A stretch of DNA of 64,000 nucleotides from contig OZ249436.1 in NCBI GenBank assembly GCA_965235115.1, positions 50,470,001-50,534,000 of the forward strand, given 5' to 3'. The notes under the pieces are model-generated. The model was given only the letters and a program-made list of their open reading frames with translations. It was not told the origin of the DNA and made no database searches. The position numbers and the translations under genes are program-made. This stretch comes from Laetmonice hystrix (taxonomy: Eukaryota). Shown here piece by piece: positions 53,048 to 64,000 of the stretch. How positions within the stretch are numbered: the first letter of the stretch is position 1; each line of letters begins with the position of its first letter.

Positions 53048-53571
53048 CCTGGAAGCGAATTTTTTTCCCCACATTAGTGAGTGAGTGAGTGAGTAGTGGT
53101 GGTTTTCCGCCGTGCCGGCATCTGGGGCCATCTTCACGGCGAAAACAGGGTTAAAAAGACCATGAAATGAAAGGAACCTATTTTATCCCGGGCCCCAACG
53201 GGAATATCGTTAAAACACACTCCCCCACATTAGTTCTGGATACCAATTAGCATACAGCCAATCAGAAACAAGCACACACATGGCTATGGAATAACGGCGA
53301 CGACATGCGAGATGCGAGACAGTGTGTTTGGGTTAGGGTAAAGGTTAGGCCTAGGGTTAGTGTTAGTTTTCACTTTAGCCCAAAATTATTGTTAAATATA
53401 GGCACTAATTGAGCAGTGGATCTTAATGTCGGTGTCAATAAGAAACATTCACTGACACTGTTCGGTCCCATATCGCGAGCGATATAGAGTCTGGCGTTCA
53501 CTGATTGGCTGTATGCCAATGAAGCTAGAATGGTATCCGGAACTAATGTGGGAAAAAAAATCGCGACCTGG
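53048..53571. mobile_element. MITE with long TIRs and central ggttagggt-like motif, left TIR interrupted by a LINE stub
   Basis: gcgaatttttttccccacattagttctggatacca...gcatacagccaatcag pairs with ctgattggctgtatgc...tggtatccggaactaatgtgggaaaaaaaatcgc. Confidence 0.7.
53079..53222 (-). mobile_element. Extremely 5'-truncated LINE copy (3' UTR plus (ACTC)n tail), 12-bp TSD
   Basis: Close reverse-complement match to 60641-60777. ccccacattagt lies at 53067-53078 and 53223-53234. Confidence 0.88.
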
Positions 53572-54035
53572 AACTATATTTTGTACTTTTTCGCCACCGT
53601 ACATTATTTTCCCGCCGTAAAGGTATCGGAATCAGAAGGTTTGTGCTAGTGTTAACGCTTCGATGCACCCCTTTCATGTGGCCTAGTACTGACTGTTGTA
53701 TATCTTCTACGATCCTCCGCAAAGGAACAATTCGTGAAAGCTTTCCCCCGAGGATAGAGAACAAGCACAGAGAACTTGAAACCAACGAAATGACGACATT
53801 CTGCCGCCCGGACGGGTAATGGGACACAGGAGAGGAGGTGTAACCATTGTCAAACGGTAGATAAACTGATTGTTACCATGCATTTATTCCGAAGACACAC
53901 CGATTACCTTTACATCGAGGCTGACTCCCCGGCCGGCACAATAGTTGAACATCATTTTCGACAGCAGTCGGTAAATATGAATCTTCCGTGTAAAAATTGC
54001 GATTTCTGACATTTTTGTTGGAACAAGCTTTGTAC

Positions 54036-54101
54036 GCCTTGTTGTCGCCCTGATATAGCTGAAATACTGCCGACTGGGCGTTAAACACCAACTACTCACT
54101 C
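54036..54101 (+). mobile_element. 66-bp SINE 3' stub with ACTC tail, 13-bp TSD
   Basis: acaagctttgtac at 54023-54035 and 54102-54114 flanks gccttgttgtcgccctgatatagctg...gcgttaaacaccaactactcactc. Confidence 0.82.
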
Positions 54102-54734
54102 ACAAGCTTTGTACTATAGTAATTCTTGGACATAGTACTTTTCCTTATGTGCCAAATATCTCCAAAACATCACACACGCACGCACACCCCACCTTGTGCT
54201 CTAAAACTGTGTCCTGTAAATTACACAGAACTTGTAGAATTAATTATTTTGCCACGTTCCTGTGATATTATGTACGATAACGAGACGATAGACTGAGACC
54301 ATTAAAGCTCGCCCTCTATAGTACTGAGGTACCGAGACTAAAAGTCATACAATATGCAATGCTATATAAGATAATCTTAATATGTATACATAAGATAACG
54401 ATGGATTTGGACGTTAGAAACAAGCATGGATGGATCTCTAAGCAGTGCCTTAGGTCTGCTAAAACAGACGTTGGCACGAATGTGTGCGGGCAAAACAGCT
54501 GACATAATTAGTCTGTGGATATAATCAGATTACAGAAAATTGGTGGAGTACCAAAGATCGAATGTCATTTAGACCTCTGAGAAAATCCATTTACTTCTCG
54601 ACTCTTGCGACTCTCACCAAAATGAATACAACTCAGGATGACTCGCGACCTGTCCTCAGTTGGAAGGATACAGATAGATATAGAGATATGAGAAATATTG
54701 TCGAGCCCCTCGCAGTGGAAAACGTCCTTTCTTA

Positions 54735-54978
54735 AGCGGCGTTTCCATTAACGCGGCTGCGGCCCGGCTGCGGTCCGGGCACGGGTACGGCTGATATGGC
54801 ACGTCGTTGTTTTTAAAGGTGCGGCCCGGCTGCGTCCCAATGCTGTTAGTATAGAGTCATAGGACATCCACGTGCCGAATCGATAAGTTTTTCGTTAAGT
54901 TTTTGGATATCTTGCTTGCTGACAACGTGAGGCATGGTGCCATCCATTTTTTGAGTGAAGAACATGCACGTGACCACT
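54735..54978 (-). mobile_element. Half copy (inverted) of the 458-bp Harbinger-type MITE
   Basis: Reverse complement of the right half of 54982-55439, preceded by TTA. Confidence 0.85.
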
Positions 54979-54981
54979 TAA

Positions 54982-55439
54982 AGCGGTGTTTCCATTAACG
55001 CGGCTGCGGTCCGGCTGCGGTCCGGGCACGGGTACGGCTGATATCGCACGTCGTTGTTTTTAATGTAAGTGTTTCCATTAATGCGATCTCCGTCCGGCGC
55101 CCGTCCGGACGTCGCATGCGGCTCTTCCCGATCGCGTCATGGAGCGATTCGAGCACAGCCGCAGATGAGCCGCATGAGGGATCCCCTTGATCCTAGGTGG
55201 TCACGTGCATGTTGTTCACTCAAAAAATGGATGGCACCATGCCTCAATTTGTCAGCAAGCAAGATATCCAAAAACTTAACGAAAAACTTATCGATTCGGC
55301 AGGTGTATGGCCTATGACCTTATACCAACAACATTGAGACGCAGCCGGGACGCACCTTTAAAAACAACGACGTGTCTTATCAGCCGTACCCGTGCCCGGA
55401 CCGCAGCCGGGCCGCAGCCGCGTTAATGGAAACACCGCT
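54982..55439 (+). mobile_element. 458-bp Harbinger-type MITE, ~80-bp TIRs, TAA flanks
   Basis: taa|agcggtgtttccattaacgcggctgcgg ... ccgcagccgcgttaatggaaacaccgct|taa. Confidence 0.9.
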
Positions 55440-55442
55440 TAA

Positions 55443-55900
55443 AGCGGTGTTTCCATTAACGCGGCTGCGGTCCGGCTGCGGTCCGGGCACGGGTACGGCT
55501 GATATCGCACGTCGTTGTTTTTAATGTAGGTGTTTCCATTAATGCGATCTCCGTACGGGGTCCGTACGGGCGTCGCATGCGGCTCTTCCCGATCGCGTCA
55601 TGGAGCGATTCGAGCACAGCCGCAGATGAGCCGCATGAGGGATCCCCTTGATCCTAGGTGGTCCCGTGCATGTTCTTCACTCCAAAAATGGATGGCACCA
55701 TACCTCACGTGGTCAGCAAGGAAGATATCGAAAAACTTATCGAAAAACTTATCGATTCGGCAGGTGTATGGCCTATGACCTTATACCAACAACATATAGA
55801 CGCAGCCGGGACGCACCTTTAAAAACAACGACGTGTCTTATCAGCCGTACCCGTGCCCGCACCGCAGCCGGGCCGCAGCCGCGTTAATGGAAACACCGCT
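55443..55900 (+). mobile_element. Second full 458-bp copy of the same MITE, in tandem
   Basis: Same TIRs and length, separated from its neighbours by single TAA trinucleotides, with several internal substitutions. Confidence 0.9.
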
Positions 55901-55903
55901 TAA

Positions 55904-56310
55904 AGCTGGTCGCACATGTCCGTCAAATATGGTGCGATGGACGTGCGGCAATCGGATGCGTCTGATCACATGACGTCCGTATTTGCCCCCGCACATGTGT
56001 GCATATATTCAACGACGATAGTCTATTCAACGCCAAACCGCCAACATGGAAACACCTGAAGAACAGGAGATATCCCACAGCCTGACGTCATTCTCTGGGG
56101 ATATCCCTTGCGATTCGCATCCGTTTGACGGAAGAAACAAACAAGTCTGTTCCATCCGATCAACGCAAGCGTCAGAAATACTCGTCCTACGGTCAAACGC
56201 ACGCATGTGCGGGTGTTAGTACATAGTCATACATTTCTTTTCGATCCGTTAATCGTATCCGATTGCCGCACGTCTATCGCACCGTATTTGACGGACATGT
56301 GCGGCCAGCT
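55904..56310. mobile_element. 407-bp Harbinger-type MITE of a different family
   Basis: taa|agctggtcgcacatgtccgtcaaatatggtgcgatggacgtgcggcaatcggat ... atccgattgccgcacgtctatcgcaccgtatttgacggacatgtgcggccagct|tga. Confidence 0.85.
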
Positions 56311-56476
56311 TGAGTTTCTATACACATGCCGGTCGTGCGGCACCTTTATAAACGGCTTGACCCAGTTACCTTTAACTTTAAGTAAACATGTTTAAATCGC
56401 TACTTCTGTTGGTGGCGTCATTCAAGTCTATACATTGAACTTTTTTTTTTTGCATACGAATCTTCTTCTAATATCC

Positions 56477-57133
56477 TAGCAGGGTGGGGTCTAGGATGAC
56501 ACTGACGCAGTGTCCTGGTTGATGAGATAGACCTCTTTTAGCAGGGTGGGGTCTAGGATGACACTGACCCAGTGTCCTGGCTGATGAGATAGACCTCAAT
56601 TAGCAGGGTGGGGTCTAGGATGACACTGACCCAGTGTCCTGGCTGATGAGATAGACCTCAATTAGCAGGATGGGGTCTAGGATGACACTGACGCAGTGTC
56701 CTAGCTGATGAGATATACCTCTATTAGCAGGGTGGGGTCTAGGATGACACTGACGCAGTGTCCTGGCTGATGAGATAGACCTCTATTAGCAAGATGGGGT
56801 CTAGGATGACACTGACGCATTGTCCTGGTTGATGAGATAGACCTCTTTTAGCAGGGTGGGGTCTAGGATGACACTGACGCAGTGCCCTGGCTGATGAGAT
56901 AGACCTCAATTAGCAGGATGGGATCTAGGATGACACTGACGCAGTGTCCTGGCTGATGAGATAGACCTCTGTTAGCAGGGTGGGGTCTAGGATGACACTG
57001 ACGCAGTGTCCTGGCTGATGAGATAGACCTCAATTAGCAGGGTGGGGTCTAGGATGACACTGACCCAGTGTCCTGGCTGATGAGATAGACCTCTATTAGC
57101 AAGATGGGGTCTAGGATGACACTGACGCATTGT
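56477..57133. repeat. 62-bp tandem array, ~10.5 units
   Basis: Unit tagcagggtggggtctaggatgacactgacgcagtgtcctggctgatgagatagacctctat. Confidence 0.97.
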
Positions 57134-57944
57134 ACATACTTACCAACTATTAACTGGGTTGGTGCTTTCACTCCGTGTAGGTCGACTAGTATGGCTGATG
57201 GCACATTTAGGATATCAGCTGCTTCTGAACAAAGTGCCAACTGAGGCATCTTTTAGTTTAAGTCTTGTCTGGCACTGAGTGAACGAGTTATAGGGGGTCT
57301 TTACAATCTCGTTTATACCTGCAAACCACCACAACTTACTACAAAAACCACAACCTATGCATAGACCCAATTTGCTAAACGCTGCTATACATGTTAGGTA
57401 TGTATAGTTAGTCTAATGTATCTTCTAACAATGACGATTACCATCGGCCCAATGTATGCTCCTGGTTTAACTGGTAGGAAGATAACATTTACCTTCCGAA
57501 CATTAGGTAATTATACGATATGCATATCGTCCCCACAAAAAGTTGCCGCCTAACCCCCCCCCCCCCTCATCGAGACGTTAATTACGGTAACGAGACGCCT
57601 TCTTGGCTGTTGTTTCAGTTGAACGGAATTTGTTTGGCATGTTAATTTACCTTCAGGGCAATGTGTCAATGTCCGAATAAAACACATGTAACAAAATTCC
57701 ACGGATTATCCCATTTTCCTTCAGGGTATACAATTTAAAATCAGAAATTAGAATCTTTTGTTCGGAAATAACCAAGTGGAAATGCGTTTTTCGACTAACT
57801 TTATATTATGTAATTAACAGGTGAAAAAATCTCTGTAGTCTAAAGTAGGCTACGTGTATAGGGGAGAAAAGGCAAGCGAAAAAACTTAAAGTTGTCAGCA
57901 TGAGCGATTTGTTGTTGGTGCTGTCTAACACCCACACGCAGCTA

Positions 57945-57977
<33 letters not shown>

Positions 57978-58576
57978 CTCTCTCCTCTCTCTCTCCCTCT
58001 CCTTAAGCAAACATAACATCTGCATCCCACAATATCAGATCATGACGATCTCATTCTTTGATCTCTGGGGTTGTTATTGTCTTCTCATGACTGAATGTAT
58101 GACCAATTTTCTCTGCGGAATAGAGGCTCTCGAGTATCGGACGTCGAGACCATCTTACCAGACATAATCCATCGACAGTGGTGGTCAGCTTTGGTCAGAA
58201 AGTAGACTTTTATTGATCGCAAAGTACGGCCCCGTAATAAAAGTTACAATTATCTATGTCAGTAGGGTGAATCGAGCCTTTTAATGGACGGATGTAATAG
58301 AATGAGTGACGCCCACGTAGACTCAGAATTGTACCAAGGTATAGTGACATTTTGAAGGTCGTAGATGTAATTGTGGTCTTACACAGCCTGTATAACGTCC
58401 CCATCTATAACTGTCGGTGTATACGGCTGTGGGTGGAGGTTATCTGTAATGATCTAACGTTTCACTGTCTGAGGACTGAGTACACTGACGGACTGTTAGT
58501 GGAAACACCCCCTGTCACGTATAGCTCCTCAGGCTCCGCTTGAGACGCGGTCTACATATCTTAACACTTCACACGG

Positions 58577-58785
58577 TAATGGCGTATCCAGAAATTGGTT
58601 AGGGGGGGGGGGGTTAGGTACTTCAGAGATGACCATTGGCGCCTCTTTTAAATTATAAATATGAAGATTTCCTTTGGTTTTTACACTTCTGTTTTACAAA
58701 AATGCCCTTAATAATTATAGTAATTTGTTCAGCCGGGGGGGGGGGGGCGTTCAAGATACTTGGAAACCCCCTGGATACGCCACTA
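58577..58785. mobile_element. G/C-tract MITE (TAATGGCGTATCCAG...CTGGATACGCCACTA)
   Basis: Inverted termini, with acacgg on both flanks. Confidence 0.6.
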
Positions 58786-58834
58786 TACACGGTAGTTCTA
58801 ATACACAGACCCCCCACCCCCACCCACACACTGC

Positions 58835-59202
<368 letters not shown>

Positions 59203-59909
59203 ATCCCTATAAAGACATTACCTTATAATTATAACCTGAGCCAGCAGGTAGAATAGAAGCTAGAGACCCGATTGACTCTGTATGTTGTATATCACCGGAG
59301 AGGGTGCTATAGTAACGCAGTGCTAGTTCGACATACATGCATATTTCTGCAGTCTTTCACCAGAGGGCGCATATGTTACCCGGAACCATGAGACCGAGCA
59401 GAGGGCACTGATAGGAAATCAAATATGTATAGCCAGAAGGAGATACAGAGTTTAGGTTATATTGGCGGCTTCACTGAAACTTCAATAACTACCAGAACAG
59501 TTTTAAGATGAGATCTGTCAGATTTTACATCTTTTATTTTCACCAATAACTCAGACAGTACGACTTTTTTTCCTTCAAAATAGGTCCGAAGAGATCTCAT
59601 GACAGTCAACAGTAATATGGCAGTTTATTTTTGGTTCAGATCCAAAATGGTGACGAGCCATGCAACGACCAGGTTGGGTGTGCATAATATATTATTCTGA
59701 CCCCATAACATCGCAGTTTCGTCATTTTGATAATAGTGTTACAAAGTAACTGTAAATCCCAGTCAGCGGTCATTTGTGAAGTTTCATTTGTCACTATTTT
59801 CTTTTAGTTTTAATGTCCCTAACAGGTCAATTTCATACATTTTTTTAAAGAGCCTATGCCTATCAAATGTTTCAAGGAAAACTACAGAACTCCACTTATG
59901 ATATGTATA

Positions 59910-61975
59910 CGGCTCAGTCACAATCAGGGTACCCAGTGGTTTGCAAATTGGTCCAATTTTTTTTTTCCTCAAATAGGAGTAGGTCATACAATGGTTTTTG
60001 CAGAAATGTGTCAGGATTCAAATATAACAAACCCTGTGAAGCATTCGCACTCTGTTTTCGAGATACCAGGTTTCGAATAACATGTGTCCCATGGGGGTAC
60101 GGACAGGACAGAGCTGCCGACAAACCAAATTCAGATCGTCAAATGACCAAGAGGGCTCTTGAAAAAGATGTCAAACCGTGTCCAATCTGATCTCAGACCT
60201 ACCAATACCATCTGGGCTTATGTTAAGAACAAATAGCAAGCCGAATTGGATGAACAACCAAACAATAAATTGTATCAGATCAGTCCCGTCGTGAACCAAA
60301 GGTATCATCACGGCCTGACCCAACGTAGGCATGAAATTGTTTTTACTCGATGCAGGATTGGTCATTCTAGATTAATCCACGTGTTTTTATTGAAGGGGAG
60401 CCACCTCCAGAATGTTATGGCTGTCAATGTCCTTTGACACTGAAGCACCTTTTACTTGAGTGTGGTTATTTTACTCTGATCAGACAACGGTTTTATAATG
60501 AGACAAGTCTTAAGGACCTTTTTAGCAATGTCAGACCAGTATGTGATTTTAGAGTTTTTGCCAGAGGCTGGACTTCTCACTCTTTTATAGTTCAGGCTCG
60601 TCGATAGCTCTGTTGGGCTGACAGGATTGAGTTTGTTTCAATTCCCGTTGGGGCCCGGGATAAAATGGGTTCCTTTCACTTTATGGTCTTTTAACCCTGT
60701 TTTCGCCATGAAGATGACCCCGGGTGCCGACACGGCGGAAAACCACCACTACTCACTCACTCACTCACTCACTCACTGCAATATATATGCAAACAGAAAC
60801 TGATTATGTTCACACATCCTTCACTTTAAATAATGTCCTGTCCGTACCCCCTTCATTATTTTCGGGTTACAGTGCTGCCTATTAAATTAAAGCAGAAATC
60901 AGATAGCTTTTAAATTTCTTATTGTTATACATATAATGTAGCAAGTTTTGCAAATTAATGCAGTAATCACAATATTAACACCAGATTTACTGAACTAAAA
61001 TACATTTTTGAAGCATATAAGTTTAGATGGTGCATAACCCGTCAGTAAATTTCCCTTGTATTAAAACTTTAAGCGAAATATTGCATGAACTAAATGTATT
61101 ATTGCCTTTAAAGTTTATCCAGTAGTAAATAATCAACATATTGTCATATTCACTCGATAAAACTTTATCAAATTAAAGCCTATAGCAAGGGGGTACGGAC
61201 AGGACGACGGGGACGGACAGGACAAAATGCGAGTTGTGTCTTGTTTTTCAGGACGCAACAGTGTGAAACCTCTTATAAATATTGTATTTAAGGACGTTCA
61301 AAGAAGGGCTACACATGCACAATATGGCACAAGTAGCTGCTTTTACAGTAGCGAGATGCCCCATGGGGTACGGACAGGACAACAATTTCTGGAAATAACA
61401 GCATGCAAAAGGATTCATACCTATTTTCATATATGATAACACCCAAACTTTTTTCTCCATCCCAGTTCCAAATAAACATTATTAAGTTTAAACCAGTGGC
61501 ATTAGTATGCATTTATGTTGAAAATTACAGATATCAGGTAAGGTTTTGGTCATTGTAATAAAAATATCGCTATTTTGTAACGAACAACACATTATTGAAA
61601 ACATTCTGGTACTTTCGTCACAGAGGTCAGATTTCAACCAGAATACCTGCATATAAAGAAAAAATGTTAACAAATTTATTATGCATATCTACATTAGTGT
61701 AATTGTAACATTAAACTGACATTTACGTTATGCAAAACAACGTAATTTCATAAGTGCAAACCCGTAACAACTAAAACCTGCCATTCTTCCACATGTAAAA
61801 CCACTTTTAGAAACATGAACTTCAACATCGACCAAAAGAAGGTGCATGGATGTATGTGTGTTAACAAGACACTTCGTATAATGAACATAAACTGTGGCTA
61901 TTTATTGGTACAGGTGTGCAAAGGTTGCTGTAACATTACATAGTCCTAAAATGACACCTGATTGTGACTGAGCCG
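59910..61975. mobile_element. Unclassified non-autonomous DNA transposon, perfect 19-bp TIR, apparent 3-bp TSD ATA, carrying a nested LINE fragment
   Basis: ata|cggctcagtcacaatcagg ... cctgattgtgactgagccg|ata. The internal motif ggggtacggacaggac is repeated in both orientations. Confidence 0.8.
60134..60777 (+). mobile_element. 5'-truncated, decayed I-group (I/Nimb/Loa-like) LINE: ORF2 C-terminus, 3' UTR, (ACTC)n tail
   Basis: Frameshifted translation: KRALEKDVKPCPI / NNKLYQISP...RRHEIVFTRCRIGHSRLIHVFLLKG / EPPPECYGCQCPLTLKHLLLEC (CCHC) ...SLKDLF...ILEFL...stop at 60590. Confidence 0.88.
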
Positions 61976-62457
61976 ATAGGAAGTAAATTCAGAAATATTA
62001 TACAAATACGGCATTTGGTTGAGTGCAATATGATTAAATGATAACAAGTGTCATAATATTTGTTTTATTTTATGACTGCCACATTTTTTCAGTCCTGTTC
62101 TGTCAATTCTTCATAATTATTTTTCCTATGACTAGTGTAATAAAAGTATGAAGAGATTAGCCTATTCTCTAATGCTCACCATTCCTTGGAGCTATACAAA
62201 CTAAAAGTCTTACAGAATTTCCCTAGAGAAAGGCATTTGCTTAAAAAAAGAAACCGTAGATTTCATTAAAAACTAAATGACGTTACAGGAAATCTCCTAG
62301 CTCGGGTAAAGTCAAAAAGTCATGTTGTGGTCAATATTACTTTTTCCGTGCAATATTATATTTTATCCGTGACGACGTCACAGGGAACTGGTCAATCAGG
62401 ATAGGAGACCAAACCTTCCGTTTACAGAAAATGGTGCTAGGTTTGCGGGGGGGGGGA

Positions 62458-62724
62458 GGGTGGGTGGGTATTTGGGGTTTTACGCCTTGCAACAGCCAGG
62501 GTCATATCACGGCGGTGAAGATGAGATGAAAGTCAGTTTTTCTTGGTGGAGGAAACCGGAGTACCCGGAGGAAACCACCGACCTTCGGGAAGGAACTGAC
62601 TGACAAACCTTTCACACATGCAGCCCAGGCCGGGAATCGAACCCGGGTCGCAGCGGTGTGAGGCGATGGTCCTAGGTGTCATGATGGAGCCGACACCTTA
62701 GACCACCCGGCCACCCGAGGCCCC
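62458..62724 (-). mobile_element. Full-length tRNA-derived SINE with V-SINE-like core
   Basis: Minus strand: A box gtggccgggtggtctaagg, B box ggttcgattcc, core ggtttcctccgggtactccggtttcctcc, tail ggcgtaaaaccccaaatacccaccca. A similar tail fragment lies at ~2812-2855. Confidence 0.88.
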
Positions 62725-64000
62725 GGGGGGGGGGGAGGGTGTCATTTGAAAATGTCATATGACGCCTTTGGCTATGAGAGTAGACAAACGTAGTATAATA
62801 TACCACCCTTTCACACACACACGTCTGTGGTAGCACGGGGACGCCACGGCAGATCACTCGTTTAAAGGTACCGTATTAGTTGAACAACCCCGTTGCTAGT
62901 TTAGTGCTAGTTTGCCGGTTTTCTGACACGACAACCATAGAATGATTGGCGTGTTGTCTAGATCCTAGGCCGCTCTCAGAAACACCATGCCACTGACTGG
63001 TCACGTCCAGGTCTGCGTGTGTAGGTACCGTATTCCCGGGTCCAAGCAATTGGCTGGGCGTCCAATGGTAAGGCCTGGCTGAGCCAACCACATCGATTGG
63101 AGTCAGTGCAGGCGGCTGCCCGGGGCTGCGAAACGTTATCACGCGCTCGTCGGCAGTGGAATCCACGGAGTCCAACGCCATCCACGCTATTGTCTTTAAC
63201 CAGTATCACACGCCGGGTACAGAGCGTGGTGAGGTCAATGGTAGCAAGACGTCGGCCACGTGGGGCTCAAGAGAGAGATCTCTCGACAAGACGTGGAAGT
63301 GGCTTCATGAATGGGCGCTAACCTTGAGAGCCCAGCGGCCAGAGACTGCATTGTTTCAGAAAACATGGGATGCTGACTGAAAGAGCATAATCCGGGGTGA
63401 TGAATGCCTTCTGTGAGATCCGCAAAGTCCATGGATTTGTTAAGGAATCGGTGGGGTAAATGGAGTAGGTCTTTCGGCACCAATTGCCACCATTCACTGA
63501 TCGGAATCACAGAGATGGATGGCGAGAGATCACTGTGACTGTGTCGAGTGTTAACTGCTGCCGAAGTTCTCCACCAGTGGATCACTTCTGAACGCTCTTT
63601 CTGACCGAACTCACTTGGTGTTTGATATAGAGTTTTGTACGATGTATGTGTTAGACACCATAGTATACATGGACTCCGAGTGAACGTGCACAGCACCGCC
63701 ATTGTGCCTGCCAAGAATCAATGCCAATGGGCGGCAGATGATCGGGTTGCAGGTTTGATCTTTCATGCCATGCCGACAGAGCCTTGGATTAACGGATTAA
63801 CGTTGAGCGAGAGTCTGCAGACCGGTATATCTTGTACTCGCATGACGGAGTTGCCATTGTCGAAGTGTTATCATGATTGGGTGTGTGCTCATTGATTGGA
63901 ATATCCGTCAGGTCACACACCGCCAGGAGGATAGATGAATACATGTCTGTGGGGATGATTGAGTGAAGTCATGTGTGTTCAAGCGCCACGTTTACTCAAT

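Noticed and set aside
53330..53367. Telomere-like ggttagggt motifs
   Set aside because: Short, degenerate and internal to a MITE, so not an interstitial telomere array
62640..62724. tRNA gene on the minus strand
   Set aside because: A and B boxes are present but too widely spaced, with no cloverleaf, and they are followed by a SINE core and tail
62860..64000. Coding-like composition and a 159-aa minus-strand ORF
   Set aside because: No recognisable domain and the other frames are interrupted. It cannot be supported without a search.

Overview
Repeat-rich, gene-poor eukaryotic DNA, probably from an invertebrate animal (inferred from the SINE, LINE and MITE types). I could not support any host protein-coding exon. 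The main feature is a 3.74-kb tyrosine-recombinase (DIRS-order, Ngaro/PAT-type) retroelement at 6928-10667. It has split direct repeats in the order A1...B1-A2-B2 that look identical by eye, an intact gag-like ORF, no reverse transcriptase, and an RNase H remnant fused in frame to a recombinase that keeps its catalytic residues. It sits at a TCATT core in the first unit of a 40-bp minisatellite, and its B/A junction forms an imperfect hairpin. The rest of the window holds about 10 unrelated tandem arrays (10-90 bp units), Harbinger/PIF-, Kolobok-, Tc1/mariner-, CACTA- and hAT-like non-autonomous DNA elements (including four Harbinger-type MITEs stacked at TAA sites), an I-group LINE 3' fragment nested in a 2-kb TIR element, and tRNA-derived SINEs whose 3' ends resemble that LINE. 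Most ORFs in the supplied track are spurious or produced by repeats. All alignments were done by eye and no database searches were run.
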